Part shown: positions 11,541-20,447 of the stretch, one piece after another
Layout of the letters: every line of letters begins with the position of its first letter
Numbering within the stretch: position 1 is the first letter of the stretch
NCBI GenBank assembly: GCA_022561985.1
Contig: JADFQE010000001.1
Span: forward strand, 3,344 to 67,343
Source: Chloroflexota bacterium
GTDB lineage: Bacteria; Chloroflexota; Dehalococcoidia; Lucifugimonadales; Australimonadaceae
DNA length: 64,000 nucleotides
Reading direction: 5' to 3'
Translations under genes and position numbers: made by a program
The notes under the pieces: generated by a model
Told to the model about the DNA's origin: nothing
Database searches by the model: none
What the model saw: the letters and a program-made list of their open reading frames with translations, nothing else

Positions 11541-12962
11541 CTAGAGCGGCGGGCGGCGCTCGTGCCAGTCGGTCCGCTGCTGGTAGGCGTACCCCACCCG
11601 GAACAGCGTGTTCTCGTCGAAGGGCCGCCCCGCGATCTGCATGCTGATGGGCAGCGCGCCTTCCGTGAAGCCGCAGGGCACCGCCATCGCCGGCACGCCC
11701 GCGAGGTTGAAGGGGCTGCGGTGCGAGCGCGACCCGAAGAACTGGCGCATCACCGCCTCCTTGCTGGTCAGCCCCGTCTCCGTCGCGATCTTGGGCGCCG
11801 CCTCCGGCTGCGTCGGCAGCACGAGCACGTCGAAGCGCCCGAGCGCCGCCATCACGTCGCGCCGCATCAGCGCGCGGAAGCGCGTCAGCTTCACGTAGGC
11901 CGCCGCCGGTATCAGGCTGGATGCCAGCAGCCGCCGTCGCGTCGCGAAGTCGTAGTCGGCCGGCCGCTCGCGGAGCCACCGGCGGTGGACGTGCGCCGCG
12001 TCCACGTCCGCCAGCACGTTGGCGATCAGCCCGCCGTGCGCGAAGAGCGGCAGCGTCGCGTCGGCGACCTTGGCGCCCGCCTCGCGGAGCACGCCCAGCG
12101 CCGCGTGCACGGCGGCCGCCACCTCGTCGCCCGCCGCGCCGTCGTCGATGGCCTCGCGCACCAGCCCCACGCGCAGCCCTTCTAGCCCCTGCTCCGGCGT
12201 CCAGTCGATGGGCTCGACAGGCCGTCGCGACGTGGACGGATCGCCGGGGTCGTGACCGGCGATGGCCCCGAAGACCAGCGCCGCGTCCTCCACCGTCTTG
12301 GCCATCGGGCCGACCGTGTCCATGGACCACGCCATCGGGAAGGCGCCACGGCGGCTCACGCGGCCCCACGTCGGACGCAGGCCGACGATGCCGCACCAGG
12401 CCGCCGGACTGCGGATGGACCCGGCGGTGTCGCCGCCGAGGGCCGCCGCGCAGAGCGACGCGGCGACCGCGACGCCCGAGCCGCTGGAGGACTGGCCGGC
12501 CTGGCGCTCCTCGTCCCAGGGGTTGTGGGGCACGCCGAAGGGGTGCTCGATGCTCCCGCCGAGGGCGTACTCGCTCATGTTGAGCTTGCCCAAGATCACC
12601 GCGCCCGCCTCGCGCAGCCGTGCGACCGCGCCCGCGTCCTCCAATGCCACGTAGTCGGCGATCCGCCCGCCGAGGGTGGTCCGCAAGCCCTTGACGTCGA
12701 GCTGATCCTTGACCGCGACCGGCAACCCGTGGAGCGGGCCGCGCGAGCTCCCGCGCGTCAGCTCGGCCTCGGCGGCGCGGGCGGCCCGGAGCGCGCCGTC
12801 GGGATCCAGCGTGATGTAGGCGTTGAGCCGCGCGAGCTCCCCGGCGCGCTTGAGGTACGCCTGCGTGAGCTCGACGGGCGAGAGCTCGCCGCGCGCGATC
12901 AGCGCCGACTGCGCGGTGGCCGAGGCGAGCGTGGGGTCGCTCGGGATATCACGGCTGGGCAT
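11541..12962 (-). CDS. amidase-signature (AS) family amidase
   Basis: GGSIEHPFGVPHNPWD...GQSSSGSGVAVAA...GGDTAGSIRSPAAWCG is the AS-family Ser-cisSer-Lys core. The start is taken at MPSRDIP (ATG 12962), adjacent to the stop of the upstream mini-ORF. Confidence 0.85.
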   Translation of the reverse strand: MPSRDIPSDPTLASATAQSALIARGELSPVELTQAYLKRAGELARLNAYITLDPDGALRAARAAEAELTRGSSRGPLHGLPVAVKDQLDVKGLRTTLGGRIADYVALEDAGAVARLREAGAVILGKLNMSEYALGGSIEHPFGVPHNPWDEERQAGQSSSGSGVAVAASLCAAALGGDTAGSIRSPAAWCGIVGLRPTWGRVSRRGAFPMAWSMDTVGPMAKTVEDAALVFGAIAGHDPGDPSTSRRPVEPIDWTPEQGLEGLRVGLVREAIDDGAAGDEVAAAVHAALGVLREAGAKVADATLPLFAHGGLIANVLADVDAAHVHRRWLRERPADYDFATRRRLLASSLIPAAAYVKLTRFRALMRRDVMAALGRFDVLVLPTQPEAAPKIATETGLTSKEAVMRQFFGSRSHRSPFNLAGVPAMAVPCGFTEGALPISMQIAGRPFDENTLFRVGYAYQQRTDWHERRPPL

Positions 12963-12963
12963 G

Positions 12964-13158
12964 CTACGGCTGCTCCTCGGCCGGCCAGGCCACCGGCAGC
13001 GGGTCGATCCGGTCCACGTCGGGGTGTTCGAGGGCCAAAACGGCCTCGTTGATGGCGTTGATCCGGTGCGTGACCTCGGCGAGGTCGTCATCGTCTTGGG
13101 GCGCGAGCCCGAGCGCCCGGAGCTGGGTGCGGACCTCTTCTGGGCTCAGATCGGCCAT
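12964..13158 (-). CDS. GatC/AtzG-like small subunit (64 aa)
   Basis: MADLSPEEVRTQLRALGLAPQDDDDLAEVTHRINAINEAVLALEHPDVDRIDPLP follows the GatC pattern (ls.eev..la.La.l.l...e...l...l..il..v..L...d...v.p). It lies directly upstream of an amidase. Confidence 0.55.
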   Translation of the reverse strand: MADLSPEEVRTQLRALGLAPQDDDDLAEVTHRINAINEAVLALEHPDVDRIDPLPVAWPAEEQP

Positions 13159-13280
13159 GCGCGCTCCTCTCCCTCAGGGATGGCAGCATCTTGGGGGCGG
13201 TGGCCCCCTCGGGCGGCAGCCATTCTAGCGCGCGGGCCGCTGCCCGTGCGTGCGCGCTCTGGTATGCTCGTAGCCTGGTT

Positions 13281-13369
13281 GGAGGGGTCGCATAGTGGCC
13301 TAGTGCACCCGCCTGCTAAGCGGGAGGGCCGGAAGGCTCACGCGGGTTCGAATCCCGCTCCCTCCGCCA
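13281..13369 (+). tRNA. tRNA-Ser (anticodon GCU), long variable arm, CCA encoded
   Basis: Acceptor GGAGGGG/TCCCTCC, anticodon arm CCCGC-CTGCTAA-GCGGG, long variable arm GGGCCGGAAGGCTCAC, T-arm GCGGG-TTCGAAT-CCCGC. Confidence 0.9.
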
Positions 13370-13395
13370 TCCCGGCACATCCCGCGAGGGGCTCG

Positions 13396-14685
13396 ATGAA
13401 CCGCTACCACGTCTGGACCGTCGGCTGTCAGATGAACAAGGCCGATTCCGAGCGGCTCGGCGCCGGTCTCGAGCAGCTCGGCCTCGTCTGGACGCCCAAG
13501 GCCAAGGACGCCGACGTCCTCATCCTCAATAGCTGCGTCGTCCGGCAGAACGCCGAGGACCGCGTCGTCGGCATGCTCACGAGCCTCAAGCCGTGGAAGG
13601 AGAGCAACCCCGGGGTGACCCTCGCGCTCATGGGCTGCATGGTGGGCCCGAAGAGCGACGAGCTGCGCGCCCGGTTCCCCTACGTCGACGTCTTCATGGC
13701 GCCCCAGCAGTTCGAGCCGCTGATCCGGCTCGTCGGCGACAAGGCCGGCATCGACCCGGACGGGTGCGTCGGGCCGCTCGTCCCCGGCCACCCGAACGTG
13801 ACGACCCACGTGCCCATCATCCACGGGTGCGACAAGTTCTGCACCTTCTGCATCATCCCCTACCGGCGCGGGCGTGAGGTCTCGCGGCCCCTCGATGAGC
13901 TCGTCGAGGAGTGCCACAAGCTCGTGGCCCGCGGCGTTCGCGAGGTGACGCTGCTCGGGCAGAACGTCGACTCCTACGGCCACGACCTGCCCGGCGCGCC
14001 GGACCTCGCCGACCTGCTGGAGGCCGTCCACGACGGCGTGCCGGAGCTCGTGCGCATCCGGTTCCTGACGTCGCACCCCAACGACATGAGCGAGCGCATC
14101 ATCGACGCGGTCGCCCGGCTCCCCCGCGCCATGGAGTGCATCAACCTGCCGTTCCAGGCGGGCAGCGACGAGGTGCTCTCGAGCATGCGCCGGGGGTACA
14201 CGAACGCGCAGTACCGCGAGCTCGTCGCTCGCGTCCGCGCCTCGGTCCCCGGCGTCGCCATGGTCACCGACCTCATCGTCGGCTTCCCCGGCGAGACTGA
14301 AACGCAGTTCGAGGACTCGCTCGCGATGGTCCAGGACCTCCGCTTCGACAAGGTGCACGCGGCCGCGTACTCGACGCGTCCCGGCACGATCGCCGCGCGC
14401 AAGCTCACCGACGACGTGGGGCACGAGGAGAAGCAGCGCCGCCTGCACGCCATCGAGGCCGTGCAGGAGAGCGTGCTCACGGAGATCAACGCGGGGTACC
14501 TCGGCTCCACGCAGGAGGTGCTGGTGGACGGCCGCTCGCGCGGACGCTGGCAGGGCCGGACGCGCACCGACAAGCTCGTCTTCTTCGACGACGAGCGCGA
14601 CCTGCTGGGGCGCCTGATGCAGGTGCGCATCACAAAGACGACCCCCTGGTCCCTCCAAGGCCATCTTGACGAAGCGCCCGCCTGA
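13396..14685 (+). CDS. miaB: tRNA-2-methylthio-N6-dimethylallyladenosine synthase (radical SAM methylthiotransferase)
   Basis: Starts YHVWTVGCQMNKADSERL. Radical-SAM cluster motif GCDKFCTFCIIPYRRG and a C-terminal TRAM-like region. It begins 26 nt after tRNA-Ser. Confidence 0.9.
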   Translation: MNRYHVWTVGCQMNKADSERLGAGLEQLGLVWTPKAKDADVLILNSCVVRQNAEDRVVGMLTSLKPWKESNPGVTLALMGCMVGPKSDELRARFPYVDVFMAPQQFEPLIRLVGDKAGIDPDGCVGPLVPGHPNVTTHVPIIHGCDKFCTFCIIPYRRGREVSRPLDELVEECHKLVARGVREVTLLGQNVDSYGHDLPGAPDLADLLEAVHDGVPELVRIRFLTSHPNDMSERIIDAVARLPRAMECINLPFQAGSDEVLSSMRRGYTNAQYRELVARVRASVPGVAMVTDLIVGFPGETETQFEDSLAMVQDLRFDKVHAAAYSTRPGTIAARKLTDDVGHEEKQRRLHAIEAVQESVLTEINAGYLGSTQEVLVDGRSRGRWQGRTRTDKLVFFDDERDLLGRLMQVRITKTTPWSLQGHLDEAPA

Positions 14686-14744
14686 ACCCGTCCCCTGGCG
14701 CCTGAACCTGGCACGGGCGCCCGCTCGGCGATAAACTGCAACGC

Positions 14745-15608
14745 ATGCTTCACCACTGGCACGGCACGATCCACTTGATCCAGCAGGCGCTCGCCGAAGA
14801 CGAGGCCGCCTACGACCCCACGAGCTCGCTGCTCCCGGACGACCTCACCTCCGAGGCGCTCATGATGCCCAAGGCCGACGGCGTGCTCGCGGGCGTCGAC
14901 GTGGCGCTCGCCGTCTTCCGCGAGGTCGACCCCGGCCTGGAGACCACCGTCATGGTCCCGGACGGGTCGCGGGTCGAGAAGGGCATGTACGTGGCCTCGA
15001 TCCGGGGCCGCATGGCCTCCATCCTGCGGGCCGAGCGCACGGCGCTCAACTTCGTCCAGCGCATGAGCGGCATCGCCACGGCCACCGCCGAGTTCGTGAA
15101 GGCCGTGGAGGGACTCCCGGTACAGATCATCGACACGCGCAAGACCGTGCCCGGCTTCCGGCTGCTCGACAAGTACGCGGTGCGGATGGGCGGGGGGCAC
15201 AACCACCGCATGAGCACGGGCGACGGCGTCCTCATCAAGGACAACCACATCGCCGCCATGGCCACGCGCGGCGAGTCCATGACGCAGCTCATCAAGCGCG
15301 CGCAGTCCCAGGTCCCGCACACGATCCGCATCGAGGTGGAGTGCGACACGCTGGAGCAGGTGCGCGAGGCCGTGGACGCGGGCGCCGACATCATCCTGTT
15401 CGACAACATGACCCCGGACCAGATGCGCGAGGGCGTCGATATCTGCCGGGGCCGCGCGATGACCGAGGCCTCCGGCGGCATCACCATCGACAACGTGCGC
15501 GAGGTCGCCGAGGCGGGCGTCGACCTGCTCTCCTCCGGCTCCATCACGCACTCGACCAAGGCGCTCGACATCAGCCTAGAGGTCAGGCCCGACCGGCCCT
15601 CTTCGTGA
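14745..15608 (+). CDS. nadC: nicotinate-nucleotide diphosphorylase (carboxylating)
   Basis: 287 aa. ALAEDEAAYDPTS, ERTALNFVQRMSGIAT, DTRKTVPG and LLDKYAVRMGGGHNHR are typical QPRTase blocks. Confidence 0.9.
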   Translation: MLHHWHGTIHLIQQALAEDEAAYDPTSSLLPDDLTSEALMMPKADGVLAGVDVALAVFREVDPGLETTVMVPDGSRVEKGMYVASIRGRMASILRAERTALNFVQRMSGIATATAEFVKAVEGLPVQIIDTRKTVPGFRLLDKYAVRMGGGHNHRMSTGDGVLIKDNHIAAMATRGESMTQLIKRAQSQVPHTIRIEVECDTLEQVREAVDAGADIILFDNMTPDQMREGVDICRGRAMTEASGGITIDNVREVAEAGVDLLSSGSITHSTKALDISLEVRPDRPSS

Positions 15609-16981
15609 TGCGCGCTGGCGCGCTGGGCCCGCTCCTCGCAGGCGTCCTCCTGCTCGCGGCCGGCTGCTCGCTGCTTCCGTCTTCCGTTCCCCGGGCGTCT
15701 ACACCGGAGCCCACAAGCGAGCCGGCCGTCCCCCAACGGGTCGTGTTCGTGGGGCCGGGCTGGGACGTGGGCACGGTCCAACGCGACGGGAGCGGCCCGC
15801 GAACGATCGTGGCGCCGAGCGAGCCTGGCGAGGAGCCCGACGACCCCAGCGCGCCGAACGAGCCGCTCGATGGCGTGCCGGTGGCGTTCGTCGAGGGGCG
15901 CGCGGGCGTGGGCGCCGTCCGAGCGGCGCTTGCCTACACCTGGCCGACGTGGTCCCCCGATGGACGCCGCGTCGCGCTCTCGCGCATCCCCGGCCCAGAC
16001 GCGGGCCAGATCGCCGCGCTGGTCGTGCTTGATGCCGACGGCTCGAACGAGCGCTTCATCCACACGACCAGCGACGGGCTCGTCAACTTCGTCGCGGACG
16101 GCGTCCCGCACTACGCGTACTGGTCGCCCGACGGCCGGCGCCTCTCCTTCGTCGCGCCGACGGCCGATGCCACGCGCCTCGGCCTCTTCGAGACGGCGAT
16201 GGCTTCGGCCGACCCGTACCTCGTCGCCGAGGACGCGCCGCTCTACCACGCCTGGTCGCCGGACAGCTCCGCCATCTTGGTGCACCGCGGCGCGCAGCTC
16301 TCGGTGTACTCCGTGGGCCGGCGCTCGCCCACGGAGGTCATCGGGCGCGACTCCGCGAGCTACCGCATGCCGGCCTACAGCGCGAGCGGCACGTGGATCG
16401 CGTACGTGGCGGAGGCCGGAGGCGGCGAGCAGCTCATCGCGTCGTCGCTGGAGGACGGCGCGGAGCGCGAGCTGTGGGCGCTGGACGGCGGGGTCGCCTT
16501 CGCCTGGTCGCCCCGCGAGGATGTCCTCGCCGCGACGCAGCGGCCCGGCCCCTCCTCCCCCGACCGCGGCGGCATCGTCCTGATCGACGCCGCGAGCGCC
16601 GAGCGCAGGCGCATCTTCGACGGCAGCGTCGTCGCATTCTTCTGGTCCCCCGACGGCTCCCGGATCGCCGTCGTTTCGCCTGGGCCCGACGGCGACGCGC
16701 TCCGATGGATCGTCGTGGACGTCGACACGGGGGCCGCGACGGAGCCCATGCCCTTCGCCCCCGCGCCGGAGTACCGGATCTTCCTCCAGTTCTTCGACCA
16801 GTTCGCTCCCTCGCACCTGGTGTGGTCCGCGGACTCCCGGTACCTCGTGTTCGCCGGCGCCGTCTTCCCCGAGAACGAAACCCGGCCGGAGGCGTGGGTC
16901 GTGGACGTCACGGGCGTCGAGGAGCCCCGGGCGTTGGCGGCGGCCCGGCTGGCGTTCTGGGTGCCGCCGCTCGCGCCCTAG
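15608..16981 (+). CDS. PD40/TolB-like beta-propeller lipoprotein
   Basis: Lipoprotein signal (LLAAGC). Repeated WSPDG-type PD40 motifs: WSPDGRRVAL, WSPDGRRLSF, WSPDSSAIL, WSPDGSRIAV. The start overlaps the nadC stop. Confidence 0.8.
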   Translation: MRAGALGPLLAGVLLLAAGCSLLPSSVPRASTPEPTSEPAVPQRVVFVGPGWDVGTVQRDGSGPRTIVAPSEPGEEPDDPSAPNEPLDGVPVAFVEGRAGVGAVRAALAYTWPTWSPDGRRVALSRIPGPDAGQIAALVVLDADGSNERFIHTTSDGLVNFVADGVPHYAYWSPDGRRLSFVAPTADATRLGLFETAMASADPYLVAEDAPLYHAWSPDSSAILVHRGAQLSVYSVGRRSPTEVIGRDSASYRMPAYSASGTWIAYVAEAGGGEQLIASSLEDGAERELWALDGGVAFAWSPREDVLAATQRPGPSSPDRGGIVLIDAASAERRRIFDGSVVAFFWSPDGSRIAVVSPGPDGDALRWIVVDVDTGAATEPMPFAPAPEYRIFLQFFDQFAPSHLVWSADSRYLVFAGAVFPENETRPEAWVVDVTGVEEPRALAAARLAFWVPPLAP

Positions 16982-17049
16982 CGCCCGCAGCGGTGAGGGT
17001 CGACGTATACTCGCCGCGTCCTCCTGCTCGCTCGCCAGAAGGAGCCAGC

Positions 17050-17265
17050 GTGACGCAGCACGACCCCGCCGAGCTCAGCCCCGAGACCTTCGCGGCGCTG
17101 GCCGCGCAGCTCGGCGTGCGCCTGAGCGCCGAGCGCCTCGATGAGCTCTACCCGGACGTCCGTGCGCTGCTCGCGCGGATCGCGCCGCTCTGGGACATCG
17201 ATGTGTCCGCGGTCGCGCCCGATGAGATCGGGGAGACCGCGCGGGACGTTGGCGGTGCGGCGTGA
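17050..17265 (+). CDS. GatC/AtzG-like small subunit (71 aa)
   Basis: GTG 17050 has GAAGGAG upstream. LSPETFAALAAQLGVRLSAERLDELYPDVRALLARIAPLWDIDVSAV follows the GatC-like pattern. Its stop overlaps the amidase start (GTGA). Confidence 0.5.
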   Translation: MTQHDPAELSPETFAALAAQLGVRLSAERLDELYPDVRALLARIAPLWDIDVSAVAPDEIGETARDVGGAA

Positions 17266-18680
17266 GCAGCGACGGCACCCTGACCGGCGGGACGCTCGCC
17301 GAGCTCTCCGCGCGCATCCGGCGCAGGGAGGTCTCGGCCACCGAGGTCGTCCAGGCGTTCATCGAGCGCACCGACGAGCTCGAGCCGGCCCTCGGCGCGT
17401 ACATCACGCGCATGTCCGGCGAAGCCCTCGCCGGTGCTCGCGCTGCCGACGCCGAGATCGCGGCGGGGAAGTACCGCGGCCCGCTGCACGGGGTGCCGGT
17501 GGCGGTCAAGGACATCTACTGGACCGAGGGCGTCCGCACGACCTCAGGGTCGGTGATCGACGCCGACTTCGTGCCGGAGCGCGACGCGACGGCCGTGCGG
17601 CGGCTCCGAGAGGCGGGCGCCGTGGTCATCGGCAAGACGAGCACGGTCGAGTTCGCCTTCGACCCGACGGGCCGCAACGCGCACTACGGGATGCCCAAGA
17701 ACCCGTGGGGGCCCGACCGCATGCCCGGCGGCTCCAGCAGCGGCTCCGCGGTCGCCGTCGCCTCCGGCATGGTCCCGCTCGCCCTCGGCACGGACACCGG
17801 CGGCTCCATCCGCATCCCCGCCGCGCTCTGCGGCATCACGGGCATCAAGCCGACCTTCGGCCTCGTCAGCCGCTCCGGCATCACGCCGCTCGCCTACTCC
17901 CTCGACACGGCCGGGCCGATGGCGCGGACCGCCGAGGACGCGGCGATCGCGCTCTCGGTGCTCGCCGGCCACGACCCCAGCGACCCGGCCTCGGCCATGA
18001 CGAGCGCCGTCGACTACACGCGCGGGCTCGATGGGGGCGTGCGCGGCGTGCGGATCGGGGTGCTGTCCGAGTACGTGTGGGAGCTGATGGACCCGCAGGT
18101 CGAGGCGGCGTTCCGAAAGGCGATGTCCGTCTTCGAAGACCTCGGCGCGTCCGTCGAGGAGGTCTCGGTGCCCGAGGTCGAGTGGACGGCGGTCGTCTCG
18201 GCCGCCATCACGACCGCGGAGGCGGCCGCAGTCCACGGAGACCGCGTCCTCGCCGAGGGCGAGCGCTTCGACCCGGCGGTCCGCCGGCGCATCGAGTCCG
18301 GCTTCTTCGTGTCCGCGGCCGCCTACGTCCGGGCCCAGCGCGCACGCGTCCTCCTCACGCGTCGCATGAGCGAGGCGCTGGAGCGGGTCGACCTCATCGC
18401 GATGCCGACGGTGCCGATGCCCGCGCCGCTGCGGGAGGCCGAGTCCACGGTGATCGGGGGCGTCGAGACGCCGGTGCGCGAGGCGCTGCTGCGCATCACG
18501 CGCATCTTCAACGTGACGCGGATGCCGGCGGTCTCGCTCCCCTGCGGCTTCTCGGACGACGGTCTGCCGGTCGCTTTCCAGATCGGCGGCCGCGCCTTCG
18601 ACGACGCAGCGGTGCTCCGCGCCGCCCACGCGTACCAGGGCGCCACGGATTGGCATACGAGACGCCTGCCAGGGGCGTAG
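17262..18680 (+). CDS. amidase-signature (AS) family amidase
   Basis: 472 aa. AS core motifs VAVKDIYWTEG, GGSSSGSAVAVASG, GTDTGGSIRIPAALCG. Confidence 0.85.
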   Translation: MSSDGTLTGGTLAELSARIRRREVSATEVVQAFIERTDELEPALGAYITRMSGEALAGARAADAEIAAGKYRGPLHGVPVAVKDIYWTEGVRTTSGSVIDADFVPERDATAVRRLREAGAVVIGKTSTVEFAFDPTGRNAHYGMPKNPWGPDRMPGGSSSGSAVAVASGMVPLALGTDTGGSIRIPAALCGITGIKPTFGLVSRSGITPLAYSLDTAGPMARTAEDAAIALSVLAGHDPSDPASAMTSAVDYTRGLDGGVRGVRIGVLSEYVWELMDPQVEAAFRKAMSVFEDLGASVEEVSVPEVEWTAVVSAAITTAEAAAVHGDRVLAEGERFDPAVRRRIESGFFVSAAAYVRAQRARVLLTRRMSEALERVDLIAMPTVPMPAPLREAESTVIGGVETPVREALLRITRIFNVTRMPAVSLPCGFSDDGLPVAFQIGGRAFDDAAVLRAAHAYQGATDWHTRRLPGA

Positions 18681-18793
18681 CGTTCGTGGGCGGCCTTGGC
18701 GTGCTGCAGGTGGACCTCGGGCCCATGGGGCGCTGGCCGGAACGCCATGGCCGCGCGGTGAGCATCCGGGCAGCCGTGCTGCAGCGCGGCAGC

Positions 18794-18817
18794 GAGTGGG
18801 TGCAGGGCTGTGCCCTG
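18794..18817 (+). repeat. REP-like palindromic element, forward orientation
   Basis: GAGTGGGTGCAGGGCTGTGCCCTG lies between the convergent amidase and aldolase genes. Confidence 0.65.
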
Positions 18818-18829
18818 CCTGTGCCCGGC

Positions 18830-19573
18830 CTATGCCTTTTTGAGGCCTGGGACCAGCGAGCGGAAGTATTCGTAGGCGTGCGGGGCCCGGCGGTTCCAGT
18901 CGGCCGCGAACTCCTCGACGTACGCCGGGTCGAGCGCCGTGGGCTCGCCGACGAGGTGCGCGATCACCGTCATGATCGCGGTGCGCTCCAGGTAGATCGT
19001 GTTGCTGACCGCATGGTCGATGGACTCGCCGACGACCACGACGCCGTGCCCGCGGAGCAGCGCGGCCGTCCGGTCGCCCAGGCATGCGGCGACGGCGTTG
19101 CCGGCTTCCAGCGTGGTGATGAGCTTCGGGTCCGGGAAGATCGGCGTCTCCGGCGCGAAGGGGAGCGCCTGGTTGTAGAGCGCTTTGATCGGCACGTTGC
19201 CCACGCCGACGGAGGTGGCGACGAGCTGGTGCGTGTGCACCACCGAGCCCACGTCCGGCCGTGCCTGGTACATGGCCACGTGCAGCATCGTCTCCCTCGG
19301 CGGCACCGGCGCGTCGATCACGCGGCCCTGCTGCTCCTCCGGGCTCCACTGGCTCCGGTTGGCCGACATGTACTCGTCCATGTCGACCGTGAGGATGTCC
19401 TTGGCCTTGATCTGGTTGTGCGGCCGGAGGACGGGCTTGATGAGGATGGAGTTGGTGCCGGGGATGCGCGCGCTCACGTGGCCGTGGTAGTCGACCAGCC
19501 CCTCGTGGAACAGGATGTGCGAGCTGTCGGCCACCTGCTGCGTGAGCCGCCTGATCTCGGTCTTGGTTGCCAA
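18830..19573 (-). CDS. class II aldolase/adducin-family protein
   Basis: Motifs HGHVSARIP, VHTH and LLRGHGVVVVGESI. TTG 19573 has GGAGG 5 nt upstream. The track ORF extends to ATG 19612. Confidence 0.8.
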   Translation of the reverse strand: MATKTEIRRLTQQVADSSHILFHEGLVDYHGHVSARIPGTNSILIKPVLRPHNQIKAKDILTVDMDEYMSANRSQWSPEEQQGRVIDAPVPPRETMLHVAMYQARPDVGSVVHTHQLVATSVGVGNVPIKALYNQALPFAPETPIFPDPKLITTLEAGNAVAACLGDRTAALLRGHGVVVVGESIDHAVSNTIYLERTAIMTVIAHLVGEPTALDPAYVEEFAADWNRRAPHAYEYFRSLVPGLKKA

Positions 19574-19624
19574 GGGGACCTCCAGGTCTCTCACGATGTG
19601 TAAGACACGCATCGCCGGGGACGG

Positions 19625-20344
19625 TTAGCGAGTGGCGAGGAACAGCGCGTAGGGGGCTTCGGCGAGCTCGCGGGCGTGCTCCTCGGGGCCGCAGGCCGCG
19701 CCGACCCAGACGGCGCCGTTCTCGAAGAACTCCTTCTTCCAGACCGGCACGATGTGCTTGATGCGGTCCACCGCGTACTGCGCGGCGAGGAACGCTTCGA
19801 GCCGGTGCGGGGCGGCCGCGGCCACCACCAGGCTCACGTCGCCGATCTCGAGGCGCCCGACGCGGTGGCGCGCCGCCATGTCGCTCACGCCGAAGCGCGT
19901 CACCGTCTCCTCCATGACCTGCGCGAGCACCTTCTCCGCCATGCGCTCGTCGGCCTCGTACTCCAGGTGGAGGACGCGCTCGCCGCCCGTCTCGTCGCGC
20001 GTCGTGCCCTCGAACGTCACGACCGCCCCGTTGCTCGCGCGGCGCACCGCGTCGGCGATCTCGCGGGCGTCGATGGCCTCGTGCACGACGCGCACGTCCA
20101 CGCCGCCGCTCACGGGCGGGTAGAGCGCGATCTCATCGCCATCGTGCAGCGGGTACGCCAGGTTGGCGAACTCGTCGTTGACGGCGATCAGGTGCGGCTT
20201 GAAGTCGGGTGGCAGCGACGGCGCGTCGGCGACGAGCCGGCTGATCGCGTCGGCCACCGTCCCGCCGTCGGCGAGCGCGACGTCGAGCCGGTCGCGGCCG
20301 GCCTGCTCGCGGTAGGAGGCGTACAGACGCACGTGGACGTTCAT
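19625..20344 (-). CDS. fused molybdopterin synthase: MoaD-like sulfur carrier plus MoaE catalytic subunit
   Basis: The N-terminal ~81 aa are MNVHVRLYASYREQAG...DGDEIALYPPVSGG (ThiS/MoaD fold ending in GG). This continues directly into a MoaE-like part (GAVVTFEGTTRDE...HRVGRLEIGDVSLVVAAAAPHR...PVWKKE). Confidence 0.8.
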   Translation of the reverse strand: MNVHVRLYASYREQAGRDRLDVALADGGTVADAISRLVADAPSLPPDFKPHLIAVNDEFANLAYPLHDGDEIALYPPVSGGVDVRVVHEAIDAREIADAVRRASNGAVVTFEGTTRDETGGERVLHLEYEADERMAEKVLAQVMEETVTRFGVSDMAARHRVGRLEIGDVSLVVAAAAPHRLEAFLAAQYAVDRIKHIVPVWKKEFFENGAVWVGAACGPEEHARELAEAPYALFLATR

Positions 20345-20410
20345 GGTGCGGATTATAGCGGCCCGGCCGGCGCGCGACCGCGGATGCCCAGAGCCGCGAT
20401 CTGCGCGAGC

Positions 20411-20434
20411 GAGTGGGTCCAGGGCTGTGCCCTG
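20411..20434 (+). repeat. REP-like palindromic element, forward orientation
   Basis: GAGTGGGTCCAGGGCTGTGCCCTG sits in the 103-bp divergent moaDE/rarA spacer. Confidence 0.65.
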
Positions 20435-20441
20435 GTAGACT
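20433..20441 (+). promoter_or_regulatory. extended -10 promoter TGGTAGACT driving a leaderless rarA mRNA
   Basis: The -10 box ends at 20441 and the A of ATG 20448 is exactly 7 nt downstream. There is no SD. The TG comes from the 3' end of the REP hairpin. Confidence 0.5.
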
Positions 20442-20447
20442 CCCGGC

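Noticed and set aside
11541-12962. The amidases (also 17262..18680) as the GatA subunit of Glu-tRNA(Gln) amidotransferase.
   Set aside because: No gatB is adjacent. The GatA-typical DEFAMGSS block is replaced, for example by VEFAFDPTGRN. The partner ORFs are shorter than GatC. They are called generic AS-family amidases with GatC-like partners.
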